The position numbers and the translations under genes are program-made. Below the pieces are notes generated by a model. The model saw only the letters and a list, made by a program, of their open reading frames with translations, made no database searches and was not told the origin of the DNA. DNA of 27,606 bases from Paramecium tetraurelia (taxonomy: Eukaryota). Positions 24,101 through 27,606 of this stretch are shown here, in pieces. The stretch is taken from NCBI GenBank assembly GCA_000165425.1, contig CT868662.1, positions 330,013 through 357,618 of the forward strand, written 5' to 3'. Every line of letters starts with the position of its first letter. Position 1 is the stretch's first letter.

Positions 24101-25138
24101 TTGAGACATTATTTCTAAAAGCAACGTTAATTGGACATCGCAGTATTGTCACGAAAGTCTGCTTCTCTCCTGATAGTGTAATATTAGCCTCTTGTAGTAA
24201 CGATAATACTATTCGTTTATGGGATTTTAAGACAGGATAAGAAAAACAACAATTTGTTGCCTTAGGTCATGATATTCTTACAATTTGTTTTTCTCCTGAT
24301 GGCACTAAAATAGCATCTATCCTTTCAGAAAACTTTATCGGTTTATGGGATGTTAAAACAGGACAATAAAATTCCAAATTATCTGGTCATACTAGTTAAG
24401 CTCATTCAATATGTTTCTCTCCTGATGGTGCTACTTTGGCAGTTGGTTGTGATAAAAACTCTATCTATTTATGGGATGTTAAAACTGGATAATAAAAAAC
24501 CAAATTATGTGGTCATACTGCGAAAATTTATTCAGTCTGTTTCTCTCCTGATCAGACTATATTAGCATCTAGTAGTGACGATAACTCTATCCGTTTGTGG
24601 AATGTTAAGACAGGTTAATTAAAAGCCTAATTATATGGTCATAATAGTGATGTTGTTTCGCTGTGTTTTTCTCTTGATGGTACTGCATTAGCATCTGGAA
24701 GTCATGATTATTCTATCCGTTTATGGGATGTTTAGACCTAGTAGTAAACAATAAAATTAGATGGTCATTAAAATTAGATTAATACTGTCTGTCTCTCTTC
24801 TGATGGTATTACATTAGCATCTGGTAGTAGTGATAATTCTATTCGTTTATGGTATTTTAAGACAGGTTAAGAAAAAAACCAACTAATAGGTCATACTAGT
24901 GATGTTTATTCTGTCTGTTTCTCTCGTGATTGTACAACATTAGCATCTGGTAGCGATGATAACTCAATCCGCTTATGGAATGTAAAGACAGGAGAATAAA
25001 AAGCCAAGTTTGATGTACATGAATATTATGCTTATCCGAATCTGTGCCTTTCCGGATGGAACTACATTAGCAACTTGTAGTGGGTATTTATAATATAATG
25101 CAGATTATTCAATTTGTTTATGGGATGTTAAGACAGGA
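21123..25138 (+). CDS. MGC-start pentapeptide-repeat plus HET-E-like WD40 repeat protein; frameshifted, 3' end in a gap (possible pseudogene)
   Basis: [13 protein letters not shown]... then [25 protein letters not shown], pentapeptide repeats (~21559-21720) and 25 visible 42-aa WD repeats ([35 protein letters not shown]). Indels at ~22064, ~23161, ~23546, ~23674 and ~24075. Confidence 0.9.
21750..25138 (+). repeat. 126-bp period tandem array encoding the WD40 repeats
   Basis: TGTTTCTCTCCTGATGG...TTAGCATCTGGTAG...TTATGGGATGTTAAGACAGG-like units recur every ~126 bp (SPD at 22282, 22408, 22534, 22660, 22786 ...). Confidence 0.95.
23204..23521. other. Assembly gap (N run) inside the WD40 array
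   Basis: Ns in the sequence. Confidence 1.
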
Positions 25139-25288
25139 NNNNNNNNNNNNNNNNNNNNNNNNNNNNNNNNNNNNNNNNNNNNNNNNNNNNNNNNNNNNNN
25201 NNNNNNNNNNNNNNNNNNNNNNNNNNNNNNNNNNNNNNNNNNNNNNNNNNNNNNNNNNNNNNNNNNNNNNNNNNNNNNNNNNNNNNNN
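25139..25288. other. Assembly gap (N run)
   Basis: Ns in the sequence. Confidence 1.
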
Positions 25289-25329
25289 TCATAACGAACT
25301 GAAATAATAATAAATTAATACTCAAAGAT

Positions 25330-26430
25330 AATAAATTAAGTAGTCAATATTCTGAATAACAATACTATATGTTTGCAAGTACTTCTCATATGTACACTCT
25401 TTGCTTTAAGAACATCTAGGCTACTATCTATTTTAGCTCATATGAAATAGGATCCTACTCTTTAGAATCTTAACCTAAAACCATCTCAAACCCTGCTTAT
25501 TAATCACTGATCACTAAACCAATTACTTATACCCCCTAACTATAGAAACATCTTCTATAGCAATTCCTCTAATTTATGAACAGCTGTAGAGAAAATTCCA
25601 CATTTTTCTTTAATTACTGGGAATTCTTGGATTGTCTTTTCTATCAAAAATCCTTGTCCTGCACAAAAACTGATTGTTGGAAAAGTCTCTTAATTCCATA
25701 TATCTTTTAGGACAGTGCGATAATTCAAAATACTTTTCTCATTGAAATAAGATTCTATACTTACTTGTTGATTTATTGGATTAAATTCACCTTCTTAAGA
25801 TCTAAGACTAAGTTATTCTAAAATTTACTTTCTTATTTATATTTATCCATTTTAATTCTTGAATAACTAAATAAACCCCTTCATTCTTATCTGGATTAAA
25901 TTAGGAAAGTATCCATATTTTTAAAAGTTATTTTCTATTTATTGGACATATTTTATTTGGCTAGCATCAATTTACTCAATTAACTTCCTTTTTTTTTTTC
26001 ACATCCTTGGTTAAAGAAATTCAAATTTTTATCACTCATATTTCCTCAAATTACATTTACATATTAAAAATATTCTGAGTAATTTGTAAATTTAAAGCAT
26101 CTTCCTTGTTTAACTTTAACACATTTTCCTTATGGTGTATAATTTTGCATATTTTACTGATATTCCAAGTCTGGTTTACATTTAATTTTACCATAACCAG
26201 AAAATATCAAAATCAATATCTTTTTAAACTATTTTATTTCAGCCCTCAATTATTATGCGATCTTATGAAGGTATTGGTTTGCTCATTTATTATCCTTTTA
26301 AATTTCCTATTTCCAGAATGCATAATGTTAAAGAACCCATCTAACTCAACTTTAGCAGAATTATAATCCTCAAAGATTCCTTTTTCTTTTTAAAGAATAT
26401 CCCTCCCTTATTTCGATCATTTTTGACTTT
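25330..26430 (-). pseudogene. Decayed eukaryotic RNA-dependent RNA polymerase (RDR-type)-like remnant
   Basis: Collinear fragments across TGA stops and frameshifts: SGNRKFKRIINEQTNTFIRS, FSGY, KVKQGRCFKFT, FFNQGCE, GYFPNLIQIRMKGF, IQIRK, INQQV, FPVIKEKCGIF. They resemble the RdRP core motifs SNRVLR..FLRV, ARMGQCFS, FSDGIG, PSAFQIRxGGxKG, IRxS and LNRQ. No DxDGD is seen. Confidence 0.5.
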
Positions 26431-27557
26431 CATAAATCTATATTTTTATTGAAATTAAAGTTAAACACCAATAAATCTAATATATCATTTCTAAAATTTT
26501 TTCAACAAATTCATATTAATCTACTTACAGATATATCCATACATTAATGAATGCTTACTGCAAACCTCCTTAATGAGCATACTATCCAAACTTATAATTA
26601 TAGATATTCGAAGGTGAATTTTTCAATTCATTCTGCTTAATTTCTAAAACAAATATGATATGAGGACTATTTTCTTGGAGTAAAAACGTACTAAAAAATT
26701 ACCTAAGATATGTGTTGTTTAATTTGCCAATATTATGGCCCACCTCACATAAAAGTCCATAACTTAGAATAAATTATTGTATCTCCATCATAAAGGGTAT
26801 AAAAATCCTTATTGCTCCTCGACTGAATTAAGCTTCTAGAAGGTATAAATTTTCAAACCTTGTTTATTCTTAAAACTTTCAAAAGTAATATCTTATAAAT
26901 GAAATAAACATGTGATTTTTAATTGAATCAGACTTTTTTTTAGATGAATATTCTGACTGAGGATTATTTTTTAGTTGTTAAGTATAATAATTTTAATACA
27001 GCATATTTATTAGGATAATCGACTCCAATAAACCTAAATTTATTTTTATTCTTTTTTTTCCATCATATGGTTAAATCTGATTCAATAAAGGCCAACGTTT
27101 ACTCCTAGGCATATTATTTAATAAATAAAATGTGGCTACATCTTAAAAATGCAAAGCTAAAGCTCCAACTAAAATAAAGATGGAGAATATTTTGCAACTA
27201 GATTCATGAAAGGAACAAATGTATAACTAAGAAGGAGATAAAATAGTTTACGTTGGCATTCTCACCACTAATTTAATGCAAGTTTACTAAGAGTAATTGA
27301 TACAAACAATTTATTTGAAAATATAAAGGGTATCAGTAAATGAAGCAAAAATTCTAGTAAGCAGAAAAAGAATAATAACTAAAGAAAAAAAAATTTAAAA
27401 AAAATATAGAATGATAGATGAATCAGATAAAATATCGGCATCTCGAGCATTCTAATAATAAGAATTGGATAAGAAGCATAAAGAAAGTTGAAAAACTCAA
27501 TAAGCAAAGAAGATGTATTGTCAGCAGAGTCATATCCAGAAACATCAAAATATTAGA

Positions 27558-27606
27558 GGGTTTGGGTTTGGGTTTGGGTTTGGGTTTGGGGTTAAAAAAG
27601 GGGTTG
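27558..27606 (+). repeat. Macronuclear telomeric repeats GGG(TTTGGG)5G..., Paramecium type TT(T/G)GGG
   Basis: GGGTTTGGGTTTGGGTTTGGGTTTGGGTTTGGGGTT at 27558-27593, then a degraded tail. The G-rich strand runs 5'->3' toward the end, as expected for a right chromosome end. Confidence 0.95.

Noticed and set aside
21750..25138. Regular repeat array with variable intervening sequence, superficially CRISPR-like
   Set aside because: The period is 126 bp (42 codons) and whole units translate to WD40 repeats. The context is eukaryotic and no cas genes are present.
27130..27557. Telomere-adjacent fragment ATRFMKGTNVQLRRR, faintly like a pogo/Tc1 transposase HTH segment
   Set aside because: A single weak motif with no DDE/D motifs or terminal inverted repeats visible.

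Overview
This AT-rich window is not prokaryotic. It reads as the right end of a ciliate macronuclear chromosome, almost certainly Paramecium. TAA/TAG encode Gln and only TGA stops, so the supplied ORF track is largely uninformative. Genes are split by 20-32 nt GT-AG introns, and the window ends in GGG(TTTGGG)5 telomeric repeats. Positions 1-17.8 kb are a very compact block of 14 manually reconstructed genes, including a PB1-like/helical-repeat protein, a CFAP97-like protein, a MORN-repeat protein, a pseudokinase, a frameshifted trichocyst matrix protein and an SF-assemblin. Positions 17.8-27.6 kb are a gene-poor subtelomeric zone with three assembly gaps. It holds an MGC-start pentapeptide-repeat plus HET-E-like WD40 gene (25 visible repeats, several frameshifts) and a decayed minus-strand sequence whose collinear motifs suggest a eukaryotic RNA-dependent RNA polymerase pseudogene. 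All gene models and family calls come from hand translation and motif recall; no database searches were run.
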